Shown here: in pieces, positions 1-9,458 of the stretch | Layout: the number at the start of each line of letters is the position of its first letter | Position numbering within the stretch: the stretch's first letter is position 1 | From: a bacterium | GTDB taxonomy: Bacteria > UBA8248 | Reading direction: 5' to 3' | Length of the DNA stretch: 64,000 bases | Assembly: GCA_965213625.1 (NCBI GenBank) | Contig: CBDBZU010000004.1 | Span: forward strand, 416,001-480,000 | Notes under the pieces: generated by a model | The model's input: only the letters and a program-made list of their open reading frames with translations | Told to the model about the DNA's origin: nothing | Database searches by the model: none | Translations under genes and position numbers: made by a program

Positions 1-1
1 A

Positions 2-190
2 ATCACCCGCGTTTTGCAGGACGACCCGAACATATTGCGCTACTTGGGAGAACTTGGTTTCTTCCCTGAAATGCCCATTGAGGTCATTGAGCAATCGCCT
101 CTGGCCGGCACGGTAACGTTATTGGTCAACGGAAACAGACATACGTTGGGACGTGATATCGCCTCTCGAATATTCGCGCTGAATGAATAA
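2..190 (+). CDS. 3' end of a gene with a C-terminal FeoA/SH3-like domain (probably a DtxR/MntR-family metal-dependent regulator); runs off the window start
   Basis: Frame 2 translates as ITRVLQDDPNILRYLGELGFFPEMPIEVIEQSPLAGTVTLLVNGNRHTLGRDIASRIF..., stop TAA at 188-190; pattern matches FeoA domains. Confidence 0.7.
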   Translation: MTRVLQDDPNILRYLGELGFFPEMPIEVIEQSPLAGTVTLLVNGNRHTLGRDIASRIFALNE

Positions 191-235
191 AACCACCATC
201 GTTGAGTTCTTGCGTAAATTTCATTAGGAGAAAAC

Positions 236-778
236 ATGCCTGCAAAGAAACAGACAACCAGGAAGAAGACCGCCAAACAAGATTTTGACCACCGCTTCCG
301 CGCCATCTATGCCAAGGATGTCGAGTGGCAAGAAGATGTGAGCAACGAGTTGCTGACTCTGCCGCCAGGAGTGAAGGTGAAGATTTTCTCCCATGACCCG
401 GTGATGAAGCGCATCGACATGAAGGTGAAGTTTCCGAAAGGCTATGTAGAACCTCGCCATACGCACAAGAGTTGGCATTCGATACTGGTGACTCGAGGCA
501 GGATGTGCGTTGCGGGTAAGGATTTGAGGCCGGGAGACTATGTTTTCGGCTGGGATTTGCCGCATGGCCCATATGAATATCCCGATGGCTGCGAGGTTTT
601 TGTCGTCTTTATGGGCGATGGTACGCAGCATGTCTGGGAAGAAGAAAAACATCTCAAGCACAAATTAAAGTGGGAAGCCGAATCGGCCTCGGGCAAAAAA
701 GCCGTCGCCAAGGGTGATACGGCCAGGAAGCAAGCGCTGGCCGAAAAAAGAGCCGCCTCGAAATCCGGGTCCAAGTGA
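236..778 (+). CDS. Cupin-domain protein (ChrR-like)
   Basis: RBS AGGAG; cupin His motifs PRHTH...VTRG and RPGDYVF...PHGP. Confidence 0.7.
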   Translation: MPAKKQTTRKKTAKQDFDHRFRAIYAKDVEWQEDVSNELLTLPPGVKVKIFSHDPVMKRIDMKVKFPKGYVEPRHTHKSWHSILVTRGRMCVAGKDLRPGDYVFGWDLPHGPYEYPDGCEVFVVFMGDGTQHVWEEEKHLKHKLKWEAESASGKKAVAKGDTARKQALAEKRAASKSGSK

Positions 779-1818
779 AAAGCGGATCGCGCAAAATAAT
801 GACGCCGCAGCGAATCGCCGTAATCGGCGCCGGTGCGTGGGGAACGGCGTTGGCGGATTTATTCTCCGAGAACGGCCATGAGGTGATGCTCTGGGTTTTT
901 GAGGCCGACCTTTGCGCTCGCATGGAGTCGCGCCACGAAAACGACATTTATTTCCCTGGCATCGCCCTGCACGACAATTTGCGGTTCACGTCCGATTTGG
1001 CCGAAGCCGCCTCGGCGGGCCAGGATGTTCTCCTTAGCGTAATGCCGAGCCATGTCGTCCGGGCGGTATGGACGAAGCTGGCGACCTCGGTTCACGAAGA
1101 GACGCTCATCGCAAGCGCCACGAAGGGTGTGGAAGAAAATACCCTGCGCCTGCCGACCCAGATAATCTCCGAGTGTATCGGTGAGACTGTCGGCGGTCGG
1201 CGCGCCCTCGCCTGTCTCTCGGGGCCGACGTTCGCCCGCGAGCTTGCGGAGAGAAAGCCTACGGCCATCACGGCGGCCTCCGATGAGCCCGGCATGGCGC
1301 ACACGATTCAAGAAGCGCTCTCGGCGCCCAATCTCAGGGTTTACACGAGCGCCGATCCAATTGGCGTACAACTCGGCGGGGCGCTCAAAAACGTCATCGC
1401 CCTGGCGGCGGGTATCGCGGACGGCATGGAGCTCGGGCACAACGCGAGGGCGGCGCTCATCGTGCGCGGGCTGGCGGAAATCGGCCGCTTGGGCGCCGCG
1501 ATGGGCGGCAGGACGGAAACCTTCGCAGGCCTTGCGGGAATGGGCGATCTGGTGCTCACGTGCACGGGGGACTTGAGCAGGAACAGGACGGTGGGCGTGC
1601 AGTTGGGCAAGGGCGAGCCTCTACAGAAGATCCTCGATTCCATGACGGCCGTGGCCGAGGGTGTCTCCACCGCGCCGGCGGCCGTGGGGCTGGCGGATAA
1701 GTTCGGTGTCGAGATGCCCATATGCCGCGAGGTGCACGCCATATTGTTCGAGGGCCGCAGACCCGAGGACGCCGTGAAGGCCCTCATGTCGCGTCCGCTC
1801 AAGGCCGAACACCCCTAG
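775..1818 (+). CDS. gpsA: NAD(P)H-dependent glycerol-3-phosphate dehydrogenase
   Basis: GAGAWGTALA Rossmann motif, LSGPTFA, GGALKNVIA, GDLVLTC, SRN; start may be ATG 799. Confidence 0.95.
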   Translation: MKSGSRKIMTPQRIAVIGAGAWGTALADLFSENGHEVMLWVFEADLCARMESRHENDIYFPGIALHDNLRFTSDLAEAASAGQDVLLSVMPSHVVRAVWTKLATSVHEETLIASATKGVEENTLRLPTQIISECIGETVGGRRALACLSGPTFARELAERKPTAITAASDEPGMAHTIQEALSAPNLRVYTSADPIGVQLGGALKNVIALAAGIADGMELGHNARAALIVRGLAEIGRLGAAMGGRTETFAGLAGMGDLVLTCTGDLSRNRTVGVQLGKGEPLQKILDSMTAVAEGVSTAPAAVGLADKFGVEMPICREVHAILFEGRRPEDAVKALMSRPLKAEHP

Positions 1819-1989
1819 GCTGCGGCGGGCAATTCCGCGCATTTCCCGTCATGAAGGAACGGGCGGCCCATGGCAGAATTCCCCTGCGCTGCGACCCGTC
1901 GGCGTCATTTCCCAGGAAAATAAATAGCCGGATATTTACCGATAAACCCCGTCAATTTATCGATATTTATCGAATTTTTCAGATATAAA

Positions 1990-2085
1990 ACCCGACCGAT
2001 GAGCGAGGGTTTGACCCGACCGATGAGGAAGGGTTTCACGCGAGCCATGAGCGAGGGTTTGACCCGACCGGGGATGGAGGGTTTG
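1990..2085. repeat. Four tandem 24-bp imperfect repeats (ACCCGACCGATGAGCGAGGGTTTG)
   Basis: Units start at 1990, 2014, 2038 and 2062. Confidence 0.85.
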
Positions 2086-2211
2086 CTGATTCCCGGACAA
2101 GCCGATTGGCTCCGCCATCATACCCGCTCTCTCCCCCACGCCCGCTACCGCAGATGCGGGCAAATACGCGCGCCGGTCTCGTGGATACCGAAGCCGGACT
2201 CCCCCGCGAGT

Positions 2212-2392
2212 GGAATTCGCATCGCGCGCAAACCTTTCAGGATACGCCCGTCAGCTTCTTCTCCCGCGACGGCAAATGCGCGCAAATGCGGGGCGTTCGC
2301 GCCACCGGGATGAGGCATTCGTGAAGCGCGCAAATCTTTCAGGATACTGCCGTCCGCCTCCTCTCCCCTGATCGCAAATGCGGGAAAATGCG
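2212..2392. repeat. Imperfect direct repeat, two copies with 102-bp period
   Basis: GCGCGCAAA(C/T)CTTTCAGGATAC...CAAATGCG at 2224-2290 and 2326-2392. Confidence 0.8.
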
Positions 2393-2442
2393 ACTGATGA
2401 AGGGTTGTTGAGAAAGTACAACAAAGGAGTCTTGCAGGTTTT

Positions 2443-2468
2443 GTAGGGACAGGTCGCGACCTGTCCCT
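2443..2468. repeat. GTAG-type REP palindrome (family A)
   Basis: GTAGGGACAGGTCGCGACCTGTCCCT; further copies at 14485, 55404, 62890. Confidence 0.85.
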
Positions 2469-2693
2469 CTTTTTCTAATGGGTTCGATCAATTAAGGGTT
2501 TTGCCAACCAGGGAGTAGGGGACATCCACTCCCCCTTTGAGGGGTCGGACATCCCGAGGGGAATGCCCGATGAAAAACACCCCCTTGTAGGGGGGTCAAA
2601 CGCGAGTGAGGAACGAGCGTTTGCATAAGCCATATACGAGAAACACATCGTCTCGCAAAACCTCCCTCTTCGGTCGGTTTTGACCCTGACAAG

Positions 2694-2925
2694 GGGGCTG
2701 TTGAAAATCCCGGTTCTGCTAGGGAGCGCGTACCCCTCGTCATTTTTGGCTACCGAAACGACCTCACCCTGAGTAGCCGCCGAAGGTAGAACGCGACTGA
2801 GAAAGGAGCGTTTGTATCGAAGGGCGAGGGGAGTCGAACGCCTCGCGCTGGGCGAGAGAGCATCCTTCGATACGCGGCTTCGCCGCTACTCAGGATGAGG
2901 CGGAAAGGGCTTTTTCAACAGTCCC
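2694..2925. mobile_element. MITE-like element with terminal inverted repeats, enclosing a family B palindromic repeat (2762-2900)
   Basis: Left GGGGCTGTTGAAAATCCC, right GGGCTTTTTCAACAGTCCC; no coding capacity; no clear target duplication. Confidence 0.5.
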
Positions 2926-3095
2926 TGTAGGGGCACTTCTCCTCGACTGGAAGCCTCTGCGCAGATGATGCGGCGCGGCATTCATCGCCAACGATTACGA
3001 TCCCGCGTATATAAATCGACATCACTATCCACCACACGCCGGGCATGCCCGGTGCGCCGTATCCATGACTTCTCGAAACCCTGGAGCCGGGAACA

Positions 3096-3641
3096 TTGCG
3101 CAAGGCCGATTCGAAAGCGGAGCCGTTCGTTCGCGACGCCACGAAAGACGACCTCCCCGCGGTCCGTAAGATCTACACCCACTATGTCCTGCACGGATCA
3201 GCCTCGTTCGAGGAGAAGCCGCCGGACTTGGAGGAGATGCGCCGCCGCTTCCGCGCCGTAAAGGCGAAGGGTCTCCCCTGGCTCGCCGCTGAGGTCGAAG
3301 GCGCCGTCTGCGGCTATGCCTACGCCGCGCCCTATCACCACAGGCCGGCGTATCGCCACGCCGTCGAAAACTCGGTCTATGTCGAGCAGGACGCCTTGCG
3401 ACTGGGCATCGGCGCAGCGCTGCTCGATAAGCTAATCGACTCTTGCACGGAACGGGGCATGCGCCAGATGGTCGCTGTCATCGGCGACTCGGCGAACGCG
3501 GCCTCCATTAAACTGCACGAGCGCGCCGGTTTCCGCCGCGTCGGCGCTCTACGGTCGGTCGGCTTCAAGCACGGCAGGTGGCTCGACTGCGTCATCATGC
3601 AACGCGCCCTGGGCGATGGGGATGAGACGCCGCCTGACTGA
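3096..3641 (+). CDS. GNAT N-acetyltransferase (phosphinothricin/methionine-sulfoximine acetyltransferase family)
   Basis: ASFEEKPP, ENSVYV, NAASIKLHERAGF, VGFKHGRWLD motifs. Confidence 0.9.
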   Translation: MRKADSKAEPFVRDATKDDLPAVRKIYTHYVLHGSASFEEKPPDLEEMRRRFRAVKAKGLPWLAAEVEGAVCGYAYAAPYHHRPAYRHAVENSVYVEQDALRLGIGAALLDKLIDSCTERGMRQMVAVIGDSANAASIKLHERAGFRRVGALRSVGFKHGRWLDCVIMQRALGDGDETPPD

Positions 3642-3670
3642 GTGAGGGCGCCCGGCTGCAAATAAATTGA

Positions 3671-3961
3671 TTAACGGTTACTCGCCCGATCGATCATTCG
3701 CTTGACGTGATCGCTCACCTTGACGGCAATAATATCTACTTGAGGATGCGCGTTCTTGTAGACCCTGAAAATTTCATCCGCGAAAGCTCGGCCGATGCTC
3801 TTGATACCCTTGAAATCGAGAAGAACTTCTTTGAAGCCATCGAGGCGCATCAGCAACCTCTTGGCCTGAGAGCGGGAAATAAGCTCTTCTCCTTCATACA
3901 ACAGAAGCTGCAGGGGAACGTGGGTTCTGGAAAAATCGACGTCCTGCCCGGCATCGAACCG
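3671..3961 (-). pseudogene. 5'-truncated STAS-like (DUF4325-type) domain gene fragment
   Basis: DFSRTHVPLQLLLYEGEELISRSQAKRLL...LDFKGIKSIGRAFADEIFRV resembles the C-terminus of longer proteins; the frame extends upstream with no convincing start or RBS. Confidence 0.55.
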
Positions 3962-4194
3962 GCAATTCCGCCGGAAGACGCCGCCTCCGTCTGAAAACTC
4001 TTCGGATTCCCCCCGGCTCGACCTGCCCTCGCGAAATTTGCGGTTGCGCCGGAATTGCGCTTGTCATAGTATATTTACTTGCGTCACAACACATTGCCGA
4101 TGAGTTTAAAAAGGTGGTTGGCCGTTCGTTTTCGTCCGGCGAGCCGGTAGCTGATGATGTGGGTATTAACCAACTCTCATAAAAGGAGAACCCC

Positions 4195-5310
4195 ATGAAA
4201 CGTCGTGACTTTATTGCCGGAACCGCGGCAGGGACCGCCGCTGCGGTCGTTGCGGGCAGCGGATTGGCCCAGGCGCAGAAGGCGCCCGCCGTAATGAGGA
4301 AGCGCCTCGAGATCGCCATCGTCACCACCTGGCCGCGCGATTTCCCCGGTCTCGGCACCGGGGCACAGCGTTTCGCCAAACGGCTCCAGGATATGAGCGA
4401 CGGCCGCATCAAGGTGAGCTACTTCGCCGCAGGCGAGCGCGTCGGCGCATTCGACTCGTTCGACGAGGTGGCTTCGGGCAACGCGCAGGCCTATCACGCG
4501 GCCGACTACTACTGGAAGGGCAAGCATCCGGGGTGGGCCTATTTCACTGCCGTTCCTTTCGGCCTCACCTACACCGAATTCAACGCCTGGATCCGTTTCG
4601 GCGGCGGGCAGCAGCTCTGGGACGAACTGGCCGCAGGGTTCGGGCTCAAGGGCGTCATGTGCGGCAACACGGGCGTCCAGATGGGCGGCTGGTTCCGCAA
4701 GGAGATCAACAGCCCCGACGACTTGAAGGGCCTCAAGATGCGTATCCCGGGCCTGGGCGGCGACGTCATGGCGAAGCTCGGCGCCTCGCCTGTCTCCCTG
4801 CCGGGCGGGCAGATTTACGAGAACCTCGTCTCGGGCGCCATCGATGCCACCGAATGGGTGGGGCCGTGGAACGACGAATTCATGAAGTTCTACGAGGCGG
4901 CCAAGTACTACTACTATCCGGGCATGCACGAGCCCGGCTCGATGCTCTCTGCGGGCTTCAACAAGAAGTTCTGGGATTCGCTCTCGAAAGCCGATCAGAC
5001 GCTCATCGAGGCCGCCGCCGGCATGGAGAACGACGTGATGATGGCCGAGTACAACGCCAAGAACGGGGCGGCGCTGGCGCGGCTCACGCGCGATCAGGGC
5101 GTCCAGGTGCGCAAGTTCAACGACGACATCTACGACGCGTTCGGGAAAGCGGCCGAGGAAGTCTTTGCGGGGGTGGTGACCCACAGCCCGCTCGCCAAGC
5201 GCATCCATGAGAGCTTCGACAAGGCGCGCCGGGAGATCGGCGCCTGGTCGAATCTTTCCGACCAGGCATTCGTGGCGCAGCGCAACCGCGTGCTGGGCGT
5301 TTCGAACTAG
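4195..5310 (+). CDS. TRAP transporter substrate-binding protein (DctP/TakP-like)
   Basis: Tat signal KRRDFI, QMGGWFRKEI, GLKMRIPG, GAIDATEWVGP. Confidence 0.92.
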   Translation: MKRRDFIAGTAAGTAAAVVAGSGLAQAQKAPAVMRKRLEIAIVTTWPRDFPGLGTGAQRFAKRLQDMSDGRIKVSYFAAGERVGAFDSFDEVASGNAQAYHAADYYWKGKHPGWAYFTAVPFGLTYTEFNAWIRFGGGQQLWDELAAGFGLKGVMCGNTGVQMGGWFRKEINSPDDLKGLKMRIPGLGGDVMAKLGASPVSLPGGQIYENLVSGAIDATEWVGPWNDEFMKFYEAAKYYYYPGMHEPGSMLSAGFNKKFWDSLSKADQTLIEAAAGMENDVMMAEYNAKNGAALARLTRDQGVQVRKFNDDIYDAFGKAAEEVFAGVVTHSPLAKRIHESFDKARREIGAWSNLSDQAFVAQRNRVLGVSN

Positions 5311-5352
5311 GCGACCGGCGCATAGCATGACGGACCGCTACGGTTTCTTACG

Positions 5353-6348
5353 GTGACGGAAGATCGGCAGGACACGGACGAAAGACGGCCCGGCATCGCG
5401 GACGCGCTCTATCGCGCGTTCGCGCTGTCGCTGGCCGCGACGACGTTCGTTTTCCTCTTCAACAACTATCTGGTCTACTGGCTGAGTTGGCCGGGAGTCG
5501 CTGGCATCTACTCCGGCGGAGGGGCGTCGTTCCTGGCATTGCTCCAGATCATCGGCTACGTCATTCCGGTCGTCGCCATCATCGTCTTCTCCCTCAGGAA
5601 CCGGGAGAGGCCGTTCGCTTCCGACGCTACGCTTCTCTATTCCGTCACCGCCTATATCATCTCTGCGGCCTTCTGGGCGACGTTCTTCATCGGCATCGTC
5701 GACGGCGTCATATCGTTCCTGCGCGTGGAAGGGTTGTTGCCCGCGGTGTTCGGCAAGACGCTGGCCCAGCAACTGGGCGTTTCGAGTTTCCGCGGTGTCT
5801 ACGTGCACTTGCCGCTCATGATCGCGGCGGCCGTGGTGGCCTACTACAGGCGAGGGCTCGATTTCATCTGGCTCGCGCTGCTCGTGGTCGTCGCCGAGTT
5901 CCAGATAGTCATCGCGCGCTTCATCTTCTCCTATGAGCAGGCTTTCATGGGCGATCTCGTGCGTTTCTGGTACGCAGCACTTTTCCTCTTCGCCAGCGCC
6001 CACACCCTGGTCGCCGGAGGCCACGTCCGCGTGGACGTGCTCTACACGCATTTCAGCGATCGGCGTAAGGCCCTGGTCAACGCGTGGGGCTCGTTGTTGC
6101 TGGGCGTGCCGCTGTGCTGGACCATCCTCGGCGTCGGCATGTCGGGCAAGGCGTCCGTCATCAACAGCCCGCTGCTATATTTCGAGACGTCCCAGAGTGG
6201 TTACGGCCTCTACGTCAAATACCTGATGGCTGGATTTCTCGCCGTCTACGCCGTGTCCATGATGACGCAGTTCCTGGCGTACTACCTTGATTCCATGGCG
6301 GTCCTTCGCGGGCAGTCGCCGAGCCAATCCACACAAGAGCCGGCCTGA
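5353..6348 (+). CDS. TRAP transporter small permease (DctQ-like, N-terminally extended)
   Basis: Multiple TM helices, GHVRVDVLY motif, position between DctP and DctM. Confidence 0.88.
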   Translation: MTEDRQDTDERRPGIADALYRAFALSLAATTFVFLFNNYLVYWLSWPGVAGIYSGGGASFLALLQIIGYVIPVVAIIVFSLRNRERPFASDATLLYSVTAYIISAAFWATFFIGIVDGVISFLRVEGLLPAVFGKTLAQQLGVSSFRGVYVHLPLMIAAAVVAYYRRGLDFIWLALLVVVAEFQIVIARFIFSYEQAFMGDLVRFWYAALFLFASAHTLVAGGHVRVDVLYTHFSDRRKALVNAWGSLLLGVPLCWTILGVGMSGKASVINSPLLYFETSQSGYGLYVKYLMAGFLAVYAVSMMTQFLAYYLDSMAVLRGQSPSQSTQEPA

Positions 6349-6350
6349 CC

Positions 6351-9002
6351 GTGGAGCTCTTCTTTCTCGCACTGCTCATCCTGGCCATGGCCCTGGCGCT
6401 GGCGTCGGGTTACCCGGTGGCCTTCGCGCTGCCCGGCTCGGCCATCCTGACCATCGCCCTCGCGTCGATTACCGGCTACATCTTCGCCGGGGATGTCAGC
6501 GCCTTTTTCGCGCAGGACGGCCCCGTCCAGTGGCTGACGGCCGGCGTCACCAATTTCCGGGGCGTCTACTGGGAGGTCGAGCGCGACACCATCATCGCCG
6601 TGCCCCTGTTCGTGTTCATGGGCATCATGCTGCAGCGCTCGAAGATCGCCGAAGACCTGCTGGTGACCATGGCGCGCCTGTTTGGTCCGGTTCCGGGCGG
6701 CCTCGGCATCTCGGTGGTGCTCGTGGGGGCGCTGCTCGCCGCCACCACCGGCATTCTCGGCGCCACCGTGGTGGCCATGGGCCTCATCTCGCTGCCGGCC
6801 ATGCTGCGCAACGGCTACTCGCGCCGGCTCGCCACCGGCACCATTTGCGCGTCGGGCACGCTGGGGCAGATCATCCCGCCCTCGGTGGTGCTTATCATCC
6901 TGGCGGATCAGCTCTCGAACGCCACCGATCAGGCGGGCACGCTGCGGCTTGTGGACTTCAAGGCTTCCACCGGCCAGTTCATAATGCCCACGGAATTCAG
7001 CATCACATCGGCCAGCGCAGGCGACATGTTCCTGGGCGCCATCGTTCCCGGCCTGGTGCTGGTGGGTCTCTATGTCGCCTACATTCTCGCGGCCGCCCTC
7101 ATCCGGCCGAACAGCGCGCCGGCCATCCCCATGGAAGGCGACTTCGACCGCCAGTTCGCCGTCCGCGTGGTGATGGCGCTGATTCCGCCCCTGGCGCTCA
7201 TCCTGGCCGTGCTCGGCTCCATCATTGCGGGCATCGCCACGGTAAACCAGGCTGGCGCCATCGGCGCCGTCGGCGCCACCATCATGGCGGGGTACCGGTT
7301 GAGCGAGGGGCAGCGCGGGTGCTACACGCCGGCCATCATCGCGGGCCTGTCACTGCTCGCGCTCTTCATCCTGCTGGTCACCGTCGACCTGAACATACGC
7401 ACCATCCACGGCGTCTACGAGGCGGTCGGCGTGACGTTCGCCGGGTTCGCGGTCTTGGGGCTGCTGGTCTCCGTGGCCTGGAGCGGCTGGCGCGCCTACC
7501 GCACCGAGAACATGCTCGCGGGCGTCATGGTCGAGACCGCCAAGACCACGGCCATGGTCTTCATCATCCTCCTGGGCGCGGCCATGCTGACGTCGGCCTT
7601 CCGGGGCTTCGGCGGCGAGGAGTTGGTGAAGGAATTCCTCACCACCCTGCCCGGCGGCTTCTGGAGCCAGTTCATCGTCGTCATGGCGGTCATCTTCATC
7701 CTCGGATTTTTCCTCGATTTCATCGAGATCGCGGTCGTGGTGGTGCCCATCGTGGCCCCCATCCTGCTCGCGGACCCCTCGGCCAACGTCACCGCTGTCT
7801 GGCTCGGGGTGATGATCGGCGTCAACATGCAGACCTCATTCCTGACGCCGCCGTTCGGTTTCGCGCTGTTCTATTTGCGCGGCGTGGCGCCGCCCAACGT
7901 GCTGACGACGGACATCTACCGGGGCGTGGTCCCCTTCATCGTATTGCAGCTCATGGCCCTGGGCATCGTCGGCTTCTATCCGCCCCTGGTGAACTACCTG
8001 CCGATGCGCACGTCGCTCACCGGAGAGACCGCGCCGCCTCCGCGCAACCCGCGCCTCCAGAACTGCCTGGAGCAATACCTCTTCGAGCAATACGACCGCG
8101 ACGGCGAGACGATACGCGCGAGCATACGGACCGCGCAAAAACTCGATACCGGCTATCTGCCGAAAAAAGTCCGGGGGCAACTGACCGGCGGCATGGAGAA
8201 GGCCGCCCGGACCTTCGACCTGGTCGCGCAAGTGCGCCGCGCCAGTGCGGAACGACAGAAGTTCGGGGAGACTTACAAGGACGTGCATACCGTCATTCGG
8301 CGGGTCAACGCGGACGAAAGACGGATAGACCGCGAAATACGTGAGCTCCGCACCACCATCCGGCGCATGGGACGAGACACGGACGCCGCAGCGGCGCTGC
8401 GCCACGAAATCGACGATTTGACGAAGCAAAGGGCGCGCGTGGAGGCGAGACGCCCCGAAGGCGGGAAGAAGATGCGCAAGCGCTACCAGTCGCTGGAAAA
8501 GAAGGAAACGCGCGCCCGCCGCACCTACCGCCGCAACGTCGACGACGCATACACCTCCGTGATCACGGTGCGCAAGATGCTGGCGGGAGTGCCTGCTCTA
8601 AAAGAAGCGGGAGCCAAGCTCAAGGCGTTGCCGGAGATCCTCCAAACCCAATCGGCCAAAAAGGCGGGTTCCGCCATCCGTGAAGCCGAACGGGCATTCA
8701 GAACCGTTCCCGGAACCTACGATTTGCGCTCCAATCTATCCAGAGCGCGCTCAGACGCAAGACGGGGCAAGTCCGGCAAAAAGCGCGCCGAGAAACGACT
8801 GAACGATGTGCTCGCCCTGTTCGAGCGCGAGGTGGCGTGGCGCTCCCGGGCCGCACTGGAACTGGACTCCGGTCTGGCCGCCTACGAAGCCGCCCTGCGC
8901 GGAACCATCGGCATCCGCCAACTGGAACGGCTTCCGTCCCAAATCGCGAAACCCGTGGCGGCCTGCATGTCGAACCACCGCGACATCTCGTTGAGCTTCT
9001 AG
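6351..9002 (+). CDS. TRAP transporter large permease (DctM) with long soluble C-terminal extension
   Basis: AVPLFVFMG, GTLGQIIPPS, QTSFLTPPFG motifs; roughly 330 charged residues after the last TM helix. Confidence 0.9.
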   Translation: MELFFLALLILAMALALASGYPVAFALPGSAILTIALASITGYIFAGDVSAFFAQDGPVQWLTAGVTNFRGVYWEVERDTIIAVPLFVFMGIMLQRSKIAEDLLVTMARLFGPVPGGLGISVVLVGALLAATTGILGATVVAMGLISLPAMLRNGYSRRLATGTICASGTLGQIIPPSVVLIILADQLSNATDQAGTLRLVDFKASTGQFIMPTEFSITSASAGDMFLGAIVPGLVLVGLYVAYILAAALIRPNSAPAIPMEGDFDRQFAVRVVMALIPPLALILAVLGSIIAGIATVNQAGAIGAVGATIMAGYRLSEGQRGCYTPAIIAGLSLLALFILLVTVDLNIRTIHGVYEAVGVTFAGFAVLGLLVSVAWSGWRAYRTENMLAGVMVETAKTTAMVFIILLGAAMLTSAFRGFGGEELVKEFLTTLPGGFWSQFIVVMAVIFILGFFLDFIEIAVVVVPIVAPILLADPSANVTAVWLGVMIGVNMQTSFLTPPFGFALFYLRGVAPPNVLTTDIYRGVVPFIVLQLMALGIVGFYPPLVNYLPMRTSLTGETAPPPRNPRLQNCLEQYLFEQYDRDGETIRASIRTAQKLDTGYLPKKVRGQLTGGMEKAARTFDLVAQVRRASAERQKFGETYKDVHTVIRRVNADERRIDREIRELRTTIRRMGRDTDAAAALRHEIDDLTKQRARVEARRPEGGKKMRKRYQSLEKKETRARRTYRRNVDDAYTSVITVRKMLAGVPALKEAGAKLKALPEILQTQSAKKAGSAIREAERAFRTVPGTYDLRSNLSRARSDARRGKSGKKRAEKRLNDVLALFEREVAWRSRAALELDSGLAAYEAALRGTIGIRQLERLPSQIAKPVAACMSNHRDISLSF

Positions 9003-9162
9003 CAACGCCTTCCGCAAGCCGCCTACCGTCAGTCCGCAGCGCCGATTCACTTGGTCGCATAGTTGGGGGTTCTTGAAAAAGTCCCTCAAGGAAAAACGCC
9101 TGCGGCGCATTCGTCGCTCTTGCGTGTAATTTTTCTCTCCCCTTGAGCAACTCGCCACTCCG

Positions 9163-9385
9163 CCTCACCCTGAGTAGCGGTCCCTCGACTTCGCTCGGGG
9201 CAGGCTCCGCCGTCTCCCCACCTCCCTCACCCTGAGTAGCCGCCGAAGGTAGAACGCGACTGAGAAAGGAGCGTTTGTATCGAAGGGACCTGTCCTGAGC
9301 CTGTCGAAGGGCGAAGTTCGCGCCTGCTGGGGCGAAGCGCCTCCCATCCTTCGATACGGCGCTAGCGCGCCTACTCAGGAAGAGG
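9163..9385. repeat. Composite palindromic repeat (family B plus CCTGAGCCTGTCGAAGG module)
   Basis: 9225-9287 is identical over 63 bp to 2762-2824; closing half CCTTCGATACG...CTACTCAGGA. Confidence 0.85.
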
Positions 9386-9458
9386 TCAATACGGTGGCCA
9401 TACCAGACGAGCGCCAAACGCGCTCGCTCACAATCCTGATCGCCTGGAACGCGCCCCC

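Noticed and set aside
1990-2085. CRISPR array
   Set aside because: Units are contiguous with no unique spacers, and no cas genes are present
2394-2420. Hammerhead ribozyme suggested by CTGATGA...GAAA
   Set aside because: The intervening sequence does not form stem II and no stem I/III pairing is visible
6287-8344. Long alternative-frame and antisense ORFs (also 34564-36696, 12957-14180, 28367-29575 and others)
   Set aside because: Arg/Gly/Pro-rich shadow ORFs expected from high-GC codon bias; they overlap well-supported genes
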